From Podarcis erhardii (Eukaryota): 64,000 nt of DNA. Below are positions 38,365 to 50,718 of this stretch, piece after piece. The position numbers and the translations under genes were made by a program. The stretch lies in the NCBI GenBank assembly GCA_964252035.1, contig OZ176205.1; one strand, 5' to 3'. The notes beneath the pieces are model-generated. The model was not told the origin of the DNA and did not search any database. It worked only from the letters and a program-made list of their open reading frames with translations. Position 1 is the stretch's first letter; every line of letters starts with the position of its first letter.

Positions 38365-38689
38365 AACCTTGCATGGTGCTGTCCAGTGTACCACTAAAGA
38401 ATTGGCTCACCTGCCTCCATGCTGTTGAGGTCAATGCTCAAAACAGAACATCATTTGGGCTATATGTTAACAGCTTTGTAAAATATTCAACAGGTACTAC
38501 TGAGCTGTATTCTACATAACCTCTCATCACCATTGGTATGTAGATATGCACAGAACACTAAACCCTTTTTGTGTAAACATTTCCAAGGAAATATCAGTCT
38601 TGGTATAATCTTCCATTTCATTTAGGCTCCAAGGAATAGTCAAAATGGAGAATATGGGTGCACAGCATTATTAATTTGTGCCTGAAACA

Positions 38690-38695
38690 TTTATT
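38690..38695 (-). terminator. Probable distal polyadenylation signal (AATAAA) of PLPP3
   Basis: tttatt on the plus strand at 38690-38695, with multiple upstream TGTA motifs on the minus strand (CFIm-type). Confidence 0.7.
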
Positions 38696-39767
38696 TATAA
38701 AGCACATTTATACAGCATTTTTTTTGTGTTTTTTTCTTTTGCAAATACAAACTTTAATTTTGTACTCTACAAAAAGTCTTGCATATTCCTCTTTTTACAA
38801 AAAAAGAAACATTACAAAAATACAGACAATTTAATATGGTTTTTATACAATTGTCTTTAGTTGTTACTTTCATTAAAATATTGCTACCACAGAACTACAA
38901 TATTTTAGTCGACTATAAAAAATTAAGTCAATGCTTTTTGTTTTAAGCAGCAACATGTAAATAACACAGGTCAAAACACAGTTTATGATCATAGTGGATA
39001 TATCTAAAATTGTTTCAGAAATAATATTTTACATAGTTAATTTTTAATGTTTTATACATTATTTATATAATATTTATATATATTTATATATATTTATATT
39101 TATAAAAAAAATCATAGCTTGCTAGAATTGAAATGATAGGACGGAGTTTGCATGGCAAAGATGTGCAAAGGTCAGTCTGCCCTGGTTAGCATCAGCAGTT
39201 CAGTCCTTTTAAGGTTTTTAAGAACTGTCTTTTGGAATTGCAATTGAAAGCCTAGAAGCGGGTCTCTTCCGGTTTACTTTCTTCGCATGCCCTTGGTGTT
39301 GCTGAGAGCAGCATTTAGCCTAGTCTGTAATGAATAGTCGAAAATGATCCCTTTTCAAGCCATGGGAATTACAAAAGGGATTTGACTGAACATAAGGCTA
39401 AGACGGTCCCGCCCAGCAGTCCGCCCGATAGCTGGAGGAGTTGCCTTCTGAGTCTCAACCCCAGAGCCAATAGTGCTAACATAGATCAACAAGGCTGACC
39501 ACAAACAAGGTATCCGTATGTTCAGAAAATACTTCTGTTATTTGAGTCAATGGTAAAAGGGGATTTTTTTTTAATTAAAAAACTAGGCCACCAAGCATAA
39601 TACTATGCAGGCTGGACAATTCATACAGTACTGTTGACATTAGATATTAGAGGCATGGGTCCCATATTTCTTGTGTTGTCCCTTATTTGCACCTCCAACC
39701 TGCTCTCCAAAGTATTAGTGATGAGAATAATCGTGAACATGGAGAATGTCATACAGAAAGTGAGGGA

Positions 39768-39953
39768 TAAAAATGGTAAAGGTACCCCTGCCCATACGGG
39801 CCAGTCTTGCCAGACTCTAGGGTTGTGCGCTCATCTCACTCTATAGGCCGGGAGCCAGCGCTGTCCGCAGACACTTCCGGGTCACGTAGCCAGCGTGACA
39901 AGCTGCATCTGGCGAGCCAGCGCAGCACACGGAACGCCATTTACCTTCCCGCT
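39768..39953 (-). mobile_element. Sauria SINE (Squam1/POM type), 5'-truncated 3' half, inside the PLPP3 3'UTR in sense orientation
   Basis: Minus strand reads GCGGGAAGGTAAATGGCGTTCC...GACCCGGAAG...GAGATGAGCGC...CAGGGGTACCTTTACC, the recognisable Sauria SINE body with its ACCTTT-type tail; the tRNA head is absent. Confidence 0.88.
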
Positions 39954-40429
39954 AGGAAGGGATACAACCAGGGATACTGGTGAAGCAGGCTGGGTTGCAT
40001 TTAGAAAGTGGATTCTACACCTAACTGGAAATAGAAAAATACTGTCTTGCAGAATTGTGTAGTGGAAATAGGCACTTTTCTAACATTTTACTGGGTATAC
40101 ATCTCCAAAACCAAAAGTAAGTTCCGAATTGGAATGGAGATAAAGAAAACCAATAAAATAAGAGGTTACACTTAGAAAGTGATCACAAATCATGAATCAG
40201 TGCTTATTTTTCATAGATAGTGCTATAATCTAGTTGGCAAGGATTTTTCTCTCCCCTCTCTCACTTAATAGGAATTGAAAACTGTCATGGCAAATAAAAG
40301 AAGCAGAAGCAGAGATGGCCAGTTTCCTAGAAATCATTTAGTGTTCATTAAGCTATGAACAATTCAGCATTCACTACAACATGAACACTCAGCCAATTGC
40401 ACATTTAGGATTCCTGCATCGTGTTTTGA

Positions 40430-40435
40430 TTTATT
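40430..40435 (-). terminator. Candidate proximal polyadenylation signal (AATAAA)
   Basis: tttatt on the plus strand ~215 nt after the stop codon; a GT-rich stretch (gtgttcatgttgtagtg) follows ~40 nt downstream on the minus strand. Confidence 0.4.
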
Positions 40436-40647
40436 TCGTAATTGTTGCCTTTGACTTACTTGAACAACACCCATTTTATGCAAATGTTGTGAGTGTAAAA
40501 AAGGCCACAGAGTCAGACCTCATTGGTCAGGCAAGAGTCTCTCCCTACATTCTACTGTCTGATGAGATTGAGAGCAGCAGGTAGTTGCTGTCAGCAGTCA
40601 TTTTGCAAAAACAAAACAAAAACAAAAAAAATATATTTGTCAAATGT

Positions 40648-40773
40648 CTACACCATGTTGTGATGATTGTTCCGATCAAGGATATCCACAGGTGAAAGTA
40701 ACTCCTTCCGGATTGGAGGTGGGGGCAGAGAAATCTTTGTTTTCTCCTTGAAGAGGTCTGAGACATAGAACAC
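40648..40773 (-). CDS. PLPP3: PLPP3 last coding exon (126 bp including TAG): VFYVSDLFKEKTKISLPPPPIRKELLSPVDILDRNNHHNMV*
   Basis: Acceptor tttatttacag|GTG; TAG stop at 40648-40650; LPP3-type C-terminus. Confidence 0.96.
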   Translation of the reverse strand: MFYVSDLFKEKTKISLPPPPIRKELLSPVDILDRNNHHNMV

Positions 40774-43700
40774 CTGTAAATAAAATGAATATATGCATTC
40801 AATATAAATATTCAGATTTTTATACCTGTTCTGGTTTATGTAAAGGAAATCTAACTCCTCCATTAATAAGCATAACAGTTCTGAAGTTAACACTATCCTG
40901 CTATAATGAGAACCAGACTGAAGGTCTTCTAGACTGGTCCATAAAAAAGCAAACAATTATTTCACAGGAGTCAAGCACTGCTAGATACCTAGCAGGGACA
41001 AAGGCCCAAGGCACAACTTTGCATAAATGTCTAGTGCCCCTGAGCGGGGATCTCACTGGTATGGAAAATGCCTTTCTCTGCCTTTCCTTTTCCACTGGAT
41101 CTCACCCAGCACCCATTGGTTTCTTTCACTATTTTAATTCAAATACATTCACTGTGTGTTTGGAAGGGAGATGTACTGAGGGGATGGGGATTTTTTTTAA
41201 TACAGAAGTCTTTAAAAATGTTATTTACAGTTAAAAAACAACAACCCGGCACACAATCAAGAAGCTGTCAACATCCATACCAAGAGTTCACACGGCTTCG
41301 CTTCCTCTGGTGATTTAAATGGACTAAAATTAAACTTCCCTTTGGAGTCAATTCTCCGTAATTCTTAGTCAGTCAGGGTAGCTTGATATTTCCTTGCCTT
41401 CCCACCCACCCGCATCCCCTTCCCTACTGCCCTTTCCTCACAGCTAGAAAATTAAAAGCTTAGTCAGGATGACTGTCCTGTCATTTTAAAGAAATAGTGT
41501 CAAGGAAGAGATATTCCCAACCACCTTTCCCTGAAATAATCAATGACGTATCCGCTCTTACGGATGTGAAAAGTCTCCCGCTTGACAATTCAGAGAGGCA
41601 GCCACACAATAGGAAAGCCCTGGGAGGAAACTTTGACATCCTCCTTCAGCCAAAATCATATCAGGTCCAGCATGACTGATGTACTTTCTCCCTTGCAAAA
41701 TTTAACTCTGAAGCCAGAAAGGAAAAGGGTCAGACAGAATGCAGGCTCTGCTGACAGGAGAATAAGGCTCATCTCTGCTATTCAATGCTAGAGGCTTGGT
41801 ACAAACAAATCCCAGCTATTAAACACATATAATATTTATATACAACAACAATCACACAAGCTGCTACAGACTTGTTCACTGGCTGAATGACAATTGGTTT
41901 ACTACTAATTTTCAAATTTCTTGAGCATTGTGGTGACTGGGCCCGGTGTCAAGAAGTGACAGCCAGTCAGTGGATACAGTGAGACGTGGGCTCACTCATC
42001 CCTACCCCCAAAATATCCTGTTTTCTGCAGGCTACTGCCAGTGTAAATCCATTGGTAATACTTTGAGTGAGTGGAACATACCAGACAAATGATGCCAGTG
42101 TCATTTGGTAGGCAGACTGGAGCTTCGGACTGCCATCTAAATACTGTATATGTTGACGGGAGTCAATGGAAAGCCCAAGGCAATTCATTCCCACCTTACC
42201 TGCAGTTACACAGGGGGTGCAGAATGGGATTCCAATTAACCCAAGAGCTACTCACGACTCAAAGAAGAGCAGCACACCTCCCCAGAACATAGACTGCACA
42301 TTTTAAAAAGCAGAACATGTGGCTACATCACTCTAGACCCATAGCTGACTTTACAGGTAGGAAGTTTGTGATGGAATAGTTTGTGCAAAATGTTCCCTTG
42401 GTGCAAGGTGCTCCATTAACAACTACCTCTCCATCCTGCCTACCAGGAATCCCCCCAAAACAAGGTACAGACAGGATAATGGGGTTAAAGAAAGCAGCTG
42501 ATCCATGAAATATGCCCATCTATTGACAAATGTAATTCCAGGAAAATCCATCACTCTGCTCTGCAGTTGAAGTAACCAATGTGTGAGAGGCTCTTATTCC
42601 ACTGGCAAATGTGTCCAGCAAGAACATTATTGTTCATATGTTATGACCAAAAGCATTGCTTTTATACTGCTTTGAAGCTCTAGCAGGGTTAGAGAAGTTG
42701 TGCTCCTAATTCAACTTCCCAAGACTTCCATTAGTTAGGCTACTAGGCTTTTCAGAGTGAGAAATCACAAAGCATTTGATTGTTTAAAGAGACTGCTTGT
42801 TTTACTGGATGCAGATGTTTGCATTCAGGCTTCCAATTGTCTTGCTATGTTCCCAGATCAGTTAGTTTGACATCTAAATATTAGCATTGAAGCAAACAGT
42901 TATTTCTCTGAGGAAACAGAACTCCACTCAGGAAAAAAATAGATGGTTGGCTGCAACCAAAGAAAAATAAATAGTAGTACCAACCTCTTTCCCTGGCTTA
43001 TTTAAATTTTATGTTCTCTTCGAAGGCAACACTAGGGTTCCTGAACCAAAACTACAGTTCCTTTTTCTGATTGCCAGCATATTAAGTCTCCTGTTTCAAA
43101 TGAAGCTATATTAGAGATGGATAGGCATTCTAGACTTTCTTTTGGTTCTGGAGAAAAAGGTTTCTTACCCATTATAACACTAGCCCTTCATAATGAGAGG
43201 AAAAGGAGCTGTGAACTCCGGACAGCAAATGCTTCTCTGACTGTCCTACTCAAATCAATGAGATTTAAATTAGTCAAGACCACTTCTGACTACTTGCTTT
43301 TGTTGGACGGTGTGCAGTACTTGTGGTTCATGCTTGTATTCTATCACTACTTCAAGAAACTTGTGATGGAGAATTGTAAGCGTCCCTTTGATTTTTGGGG
43401 GGAATAGGCATACTTGGTGTTCTCTGTGTGTCTTCTAGATTTTGGAAGTATTTAAATCTTCATTTAATTTGAACACAACTGCTAAATGTCTGTACCCATT
43501 CATCCATTTCTGTAGTATGGCAGAAGCAAGAGTTGGAAGGCGATTTTGATGCCATGCCTCTCATGTACCCACTTCCTAAGACTGGATTCAATCATGACGA
43601 TATCCACATTCTATACCGAGAGCTCCATGACAAATCAATTTGTGGCAGGAGTGAGTAGCGGTTGCACGGTGGAAGTGGCAGATGGAGGATTAGGTTCAAT

Positions 43701-44759
43701 CTGGCCTGTATTTTCTAACTGGATAAGTTATGGATGGAGTGTCATCTTGGCTTTCTTAGCCTTTGCTCTGCAGTTCATGGCGTGTGTGGCTTTAAATCAG
43801 ATATTTGGGTAGTGGCGTTAATTCCCATTTAAACTGTATTTCACTTTTAGCAAGGTTTGAGGTTATAAAAACACTTTGAGAAATCATGAAACATGATCTC
43901 CTAAGGTTAGAACAGTGTGTTAAACCTTCCTAATGCTTCAGCTGCTTAACACAAAAAGAGAGAGGGGTAAATGCACAGAGTGTTTTTGCTTGGATTTATG
44001 CCACTTCCTGTGGAAGGTGCTCTCCACCCATAAAGAAAACTAAACTGCAGACGACAGGGAATGTGCTATATGATGTTGTAAGCTGGTAGCTCACCATTTC
44101 AACTGATCGATGCCCTTCTTAAAATCATTATACTAGAAAAGGCTTCACTTGGACCCAGAACATTTTAAGCAAACAGCTTAACATGAGATTAGGTGAATAG
44201 GAGAAGGAAATGGCCCCTAAGATTTGCATCTTCCCACAATTTGCCACAACACAATTATAGCCACCACAAAAGCAGTTCATAAAAGACATTTTGATTTCAG
44301 CCATTCTGATTGCATCTGAATTCCAAACAAAACAAGATCTTGTATGGTCTTGGATGAAACAAGTACTGCAACCGCCTTAGAGGCTAGCCTCAGCTACCGG
44401 CACCTATTGCCAATAATCAGAAGAACTAAACTGCAAGAACTCCAGGTCAAAGGACAGGGCATAAATTTTAAATAAATTCAGAAAAGTATATAAAGCACAG
44501 TGAAAAAGGTGAGGCTAAGGCTTTTCTAAATCTAAGTCTCATAAGCAACACTCAACTTGCTTATGAACATTTAGGCCATTCCTTAGGAGCTGGAAATTAT
44601 GGGACGAAGTAGGGGAGCAGTAGTCACCCCTCTCTTCATTTCCTTTTCTACAGCCATGTCTTTTTTCCCCACCCCCCATGGCTGCACAAGGGCCAGACTA
44701 AAAGTGACCAATACCCTCTGCACATCCTGATGAAGGACTGAAGCATACAAAAGGGCAGC

Positions 44760-45015
44760 AGCCACGGAGGGAAGGGGTTAAAAAGGAAGTGATGTACATG
44801 TGTGTGGTGTTTCTCAGGCAGCTGCTTCCTCCGTGGCCTTTATCTCGTCACAGGAAAGTCAGCCTATAGCAGCCGAACTCTCACCCCTCCTCTGGCCCAG
44901 TAAAACATGCCATCTGTTTACAGGTCAGGAAAACGGGGTCAGATTTGTAACTTGTCATTGGACAGGAAATGGTGAAAAGTGTCCTGTTCAAGCATCGAGA
45001 CCCTTATTGTCTGTC
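44760..45015. promoter_or_regulatory. Candidate endothelial enhancer in PLPP3 intron 5
   Basis: Five GGAA/TTCC ETS cores within ~190 bp, plus GATA, KLF, FOX, nuclear-receptor half sites and SOX motifs. Motif evidence only. Confidence 0.45.
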
Positions 45016-46369
45016 AGAAGCGTTTTTGCTGCAATGCATTGAGTTCATCTGCATCCTACTGTACCCTAGCATCGCATTCTTCTTCTTCTCTGTCCTCTTC
45101 CACCCTTTGGCAAAGTATTTAGAGCAACTAACAGGAGAGCTTAGTCAAAGCCTTCCATATAGCTATCTCTAATACCGGGCAATTCTAGACAAAGCCACAT
45201 GACCCAAATTGAAGCCCCTGAGCTGAAAAGAAACTGTTTCGTTGTGTGAAAAAGTTGCCCAAAGTATTTTCTGAATATATCCAAGAGCTCCTTCCAGGGT
45301 GATCTTTTGTTTGTTTAACCAGCGACAGAAATAAATAAGAATAAAAATGCCACGGAAGCTTTGAAGAATCTTGTTGCGCTGTCTCTGCAACTTAGTGGAG
45401 ACTATCACTTCTGCTACTAAGTAAAATGTAAGCAGGAGATGTTCACCCACTGAAATTACAATTGAGGTTCAATGTGTATGGGAGAGAAGCAGGACTGGTG
45501 AAGAAGCGCTTGCTGGAAAACAAACTGATGGCCTGGGGGCATGGACAGCGCTTATGCATTCTCTCTCCCCCTCCCAGATTCTCTGGCAGTTTTATTATTA
45601 TTTTTCTTCCCAGCTAGATTGTGAAATTGCAAGTGAGGAGGGCAGGGCATTTGTAGGGGAGAACTGGTGGTTTTGGGAAGGAGTAAGCACCTGACTGGCA
45701 ATTCTCCCATATAAGTGCAATTCCTGTTATTGCATAGTCAAATTGCATCTTATGTGGGAACTCAGTGCTTGGAAATCCCCAGGTTTATTTACTTCACAAA
45801 ATGGCCCTGATTCATAGCACTGCATGGTGCTGATTGTGGAGCTGTGATCCTTTATCTCTATGCTGTGAAGCTCTGATAGCTTTCTCCTGAAGGTTGCGAT
45901 GTCTCAAAAAGATCTGGGCATGTTTTCTGGAGCTAAAAAATTTCTGCTTAGCTTTTCAATCTGTAGTTGGGTACTGAGAGACTACATTCCTCACAGAATT
46001 CAAACAGTGGTTTGGTTAGCAATGGAATCAGTGGAAAAGAAAGAAAATACATATATATTCAGCTGCCTTTTGAGATGTTTCAAAACTCGGGATGGGTGGG
46101 GGACTGCTATAATGGTTTACACATTCACCTGTGTGAACCACCCTGCTAATGTGCCCAGTCTAGTATGCATTCAAGGAGGACTCTTTTCCGTGCACTAAAC
46201 ATCACCAATCTAATACTTAGAGGGAAATTGTTTCACATGAACTTCACATGTTACATGTGAAAGGTTACTGTTTGCTGTGCATTTATCTTTTAGGTTTCTA
46301 ACACTGCATTGCACATTGGTTTTCCTTATTTAAGTCTCCACCCCTTTCTCCCTTCTTTGTTTAAGTCTA

Positions 46370-46759
<390 letters not shown>

Positions 46760-47141
46760 CTACAAAGGGAAAAAAAAAAGGAAGGAGAAAGACATTAGGA
46801 TGCTGTCCTCACAACAGTTGGCACCAGACTGCAGTGGAACAGAATTGGTGCCAGGTTTACAATATGGCAAACAGAAAACAAACCTATCTTCAGGGCAGAG
46901 CAAAATAGCAGCCGGGGGGAAAAGCGTTGTGTGGCAGGGAGTGCCTCTGCTGTCACAACCAACACTGCAAAACAGGTGTCAGCAGTAGGCAAAAGGTGGT
47001 AGAAGAATTTCAACCCCCACCTTGTCGACCAAATTTGGGTCCCAAGTTCAAACCTTCGGCTCAATCTTCGTAACTTCTTTTGTCTGTCATGCCATCCAAC
47101 TTTAATGAGCGACCCACAGTCCTATGATTACAATTACTGGG

Positions 47142-47295
47142 GAATGGTGTGCTTTCTTTATCAAATTTTAACACACTATTTATAATTGTATGAACCTTTC
47201 TTATGTCTTTCCTTGATCATTTTTTCTACCTGATAAGAAAGGTTTATACAATTATAAATAGTGTGTTAAAAATTGATAAAGAAAGCACACCATTC
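47142..47295. repeat. Long inverted repeat: 63-bp arms (61/63 identical) with a 28-bp spacer
   Basis: Arm 47142-47204 compared base by base with the reverse complement of 47233-47295. Confidence 0.95.
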
Positions 47296-47470
47296 TCAGA
47301 TGGTGGCTTCCCCACTTCTGAACATTTTCCAGATCTGCAACCCCCTTTTTGAGATGAGGTAACTGGAACACTGCTGAATATTATTGCAAGTGCAGCTGCA
47401 GCATGGATCATAGCATTAAGATTCAGACCATCTTATGTTTTCTTCCTAATTTGCTTTTAAATCCTAGCAG
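47296..47470 (-). mobile_element. Decayed CR1 fragment adjoining the inverted repeat
   Basis: ccccttttttgagatgaggtaactggaacactgctgaatattattgcaagtgc resembles antisense CR1 ORF2. Confidence 0.55.
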
Positions 47471-49145
47471 TGTTTGTGACCACTTTGTGACTTGAACTTT
47501 TAAAATGCCTTGGACCTAAAATACAGTGTTTGAAATGATACTTTTGCTTCAGCCAGGGAAAACGAACAAACAAATCAACAGCCAACCAAGGACTTGACCT
47601 GAAATGAAGTAGCTGAAATGATGTCAAACGGGTATTGTCTCCTGCCTCACCCCTCCCCACTTATCCTGGTCTGGTTTCCTCTTGAAAGTTGTGGGCACAA
47701 CCTATTCCTCGAGTTCCTGTGGGAACCTTGGGAAGCCAAAAAGAGAGAGGAAGAGGCAACAGGAAAGGCAGAAACCTTTGCCCACAAATCAAAGGAGCTG
47801 GAGGCTAACCCAATCTGAAATGCAGGGTGAGGGGAGTCTGAACATGGCCAAGTCCTCCCATTATGGCTGCCTTCCCATAACACAAGGCAGGGAGATGAAC
47901 GTGACAAGGTCACAGCAATGCCTGCTTGTATAATTGATGCAGTAAAAGTTTACAGTTGGAGGAAAAGCGAGGCACTGTAGTCTGATCACTGCTTACAAAT
48001 CAAGACATGAATTAGGGTGGGCTCATTCTTAAGCCAATAAACCATGGTTTCTCAGTCCAATATTTTTATGTCTGGACTGGGACATTTTTATGTAGTTGCT
48101 TTGTTGAACCTGCCATTGGTACAATGATACAAGCCAATCAGTATATTTTCAGAAGAAAACAGTGCATGCCAGTAGTCTGAGAGAAGAAAGGTCAGGTCTA
48201 AACTTAAGAGAGCTCCTGCAAGCAAGGCAGAATTTTACCAGATACAGCTGTCTCTACTATGGCATTTCAGTTCTGAAAGAGGCTGTACCTATTGGAATTC
48301 TCCCTTCTCACAGAATCATAGAATTGTTTTATCTAAGCCTGAATGTATAAGAGCCCATTCAGTCATTAAACAGTTTAGAATCATCCTTCAACATAATATC
48401 AATTATTTCTCATTCGACAAAACTTTAAATCACCATATTTGCTGAACAAAATTTATTTGCAGCATGTGGAAGGTTAACTAGCCCGATCTTGTGTTCTTTT
48501 TCACAAAACCCACCCTGTGCTGTCATCTTCTGCCCTCTTTACATCCGAAAGGTTTTCATTATAAAGTGAAACCAAGCTAAAGAAAACAAACACTTAATGT
48601 AAAAAAACAAAAAACAAAAACGAACAACCCAACTGAACTGAAGTTGTTTTTACAGCAGACAAAAAGCGAATTACAAGTGGTTTTTACTCAAGTCTCTATA
48701 TACTGCTAACTCAGTCGTGGGAGGTTTACGGAGGCGCCAGTGTGGTGTTTATATAGTAACATGAAATGAACAACTGCCACTTGCAGACCAATAAGCTGCA
48801 GTGGGAAAAGTGGTGGCCAATAAGACAGAGGAGATAAGTATGACAAAACCAAAGAGGGAGGGAAGACAGCAATGACCTTGTGGCCATATGTAGCCAGGGT
48901 TGCTGGAAAACCTCTCACATATAAGAAATCTGGCAGTGGCAACATCACCACAGAACAGACCGCTCTCAGGGCAATGTGCAGCAGTTCTGCGGCCAGGGGA
49001 CTTCCAGTGATGTTAGTGGGAATGTCTGTGGTTAGTCAGGGATCCCAAGCAAATAAAAATGAGGGGCTCATGTTCCCTTAACAAGTGAAGAGGAGAAAAA
49101 TACTAATAGTTGCTTACATTTTTGTTACTTTTCAGAAGGTTTGGC

Positions 49146-49147
<2 letters not shown>

Positions 49148-49190
<43 letters not shown>
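49148..49190. repeat. (TAA)~14 microsatellite
   Basis: Direct reading. Confidence 0.97.
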
Positions 49191-49191
<1 letters not shown>

Positions 49192-49376
49192 TCACATGCA
49201 ACATATGTTTGTTGTAAGAAGGGCTTTCATTCCATTTTCAGATAGTGGCTCAAAGCAGCTAAATCCACCATTTTCAACGTTTATATCATGCGTGAATGAA
49301 TACATTTGTCATCAGTGCCATTTTTCTAGAAAGAGGTTCTGGAACTCACCATAAACGACTCCCTTGTTCTCTTATA

Positions 49377-49629
49377 CAGTGGTGCCCCGCAAGACGAATG
49401 CCTCGCAAGACAAAAAACTCGCTAGACGAAAGGGTTTTCCATTTTTCGAGGTGCTTCGCAAGACGAATTTCCCTATGGGCTTGCTTCGCAAGACGAAAAC
49501 GTCTTGCGAGTTTGCTTCCTTTTTCATAAAACTGTTAATACCCGGGGAATCCGCGCTCCGCAAGACAAAAAAATCGCAAGACGAAGTGACTCGCGAAACG
49601 AATTATTTTCGTCTTGCGAGGCACCACTG
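49377..49629. mobile_element. Tigger/pogo-like MITE
   Basis: TA|CAGTGGTGCCCCGCAAGACGAA ... TTCGTCTTGCGAGGCACCACTG|TA (21/22 TIR match); many internal gcaagac(g) repeats; CpGs retained. Confidence 0.93.
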
Positions 49630-50582
49630 TAATGGCAATGGCGCCCTCCTGAGATGTGCCGGAACTGAGTTCCAGTGAGTTCCAACTGGGGGGAAAAGCT
49701 CTGCATGTCATGAAGTTTACACAAGTAAACTCATGCTACCAGTACCAGCTGTGTGAAGGCATCTTTGTTACTTCATAGTACTGCTCTGGGGAGATTTTGC
49801 GTTGTTTGAAAACACTTTGGAAAGATGGAGAGGCTACTGGACAATCTGTTTGGGGTGGGAGAAGATGTGGTCAACCACACACACTTCCCTCATAAGCGCT
49901 TGACAGGTAAGCTCTGTTTGACACAACTGTAACCGTGACCCATATTCAAACTCTAAAGTGTTAACTCTAAAGCTGTCAGGGTTGCCTAACCTACGTCAAA
50001 TATTGCTGTGGGGATGAGTAAGAACACACTGTAGAGTACACTGCTGATTGAGAAATGCTTACATTAATGATTAACAGTTTCTGAAGTACTGTAGGAAATT
50101 TTCAAATGAATGAGTACCTGCATCTGGCCTCATTTGAGCAGATGGGTTAGAGTCACACAAAAGAGTGTAAAGGGGGGAAATCATTCCCTTTTGTTGAGTC
50201 TGGGGCTTTGAAATCTGTCACTGATATTTATCTAATGACTAACAGATTGGCCATGATCCCACTGAAATAGAGTCAGAAGTTTGCTATTTGGCGTTCTTGC
50301 AGACATGAACTCCACTGTTCATCTGGCTGTTAGAGTAAGTATAGCACAGCCCTGGGAACTAAAACAAGTAGCATTTAAGGTGGCCACCTCAGGAGTTTAT
50401 TTCCTAACCCCGCATGGCACAACGACATAAATGTCAGTGAAGTTACATAAGACATTAATCCAGCAGCTGTTTTCAGATTTGGCTGGCACAATGCAACACC
50501 CTGTGGGCAACATTACCTGGCTTACTCTAACAACCTCTGGAGTCGGGACACATTTATTTAGAAAGCTAAATACTAACTAAAT

Positions 50583-50718
50583 CAGGCTTCCTCAACCTCG
50601 GCCCTCCAGACATTTTTGGCCTACAACTCCCATGATCCCTAGCTAGCAGGACCAGCGGTCAGGGATGATGGGAATTGTAGTCTCAAAACATCTGGACGGC
50701 CGAGGCTGAGGAAGCCTG
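50583..50718. mobile_element. Palindromic hAT-type MITE
   Basis: CAGGCTTCCTCA ... TGAGGAAGCCTG termini; 8-bp flanks aactaaat / acctagat (6/8 match). Confidence 0.88.

Larger units (their letters stand above)
38670..40647 (-). other. PLPP3: PLPP3 3'UTR (~2 kb), AU-rich
   Basis: Follows the stop codon, includes an AT-rich block at ~39040-39110, and ends after an AATAAA preceded by several UGUA motifs. The 3' end is inferred, not observed. Confidence 0.75.

Noticed and set aside
49636-49660. Possible CTCF site next to the MITE
   Set aside because: Matches only the GGGCGC end; the central core positions mismatch.
50442-50450. D-box GTTACATAA (also at 30068-30076)
   Set aside because: An AT-rich short motif expected a few times by chance in this window.
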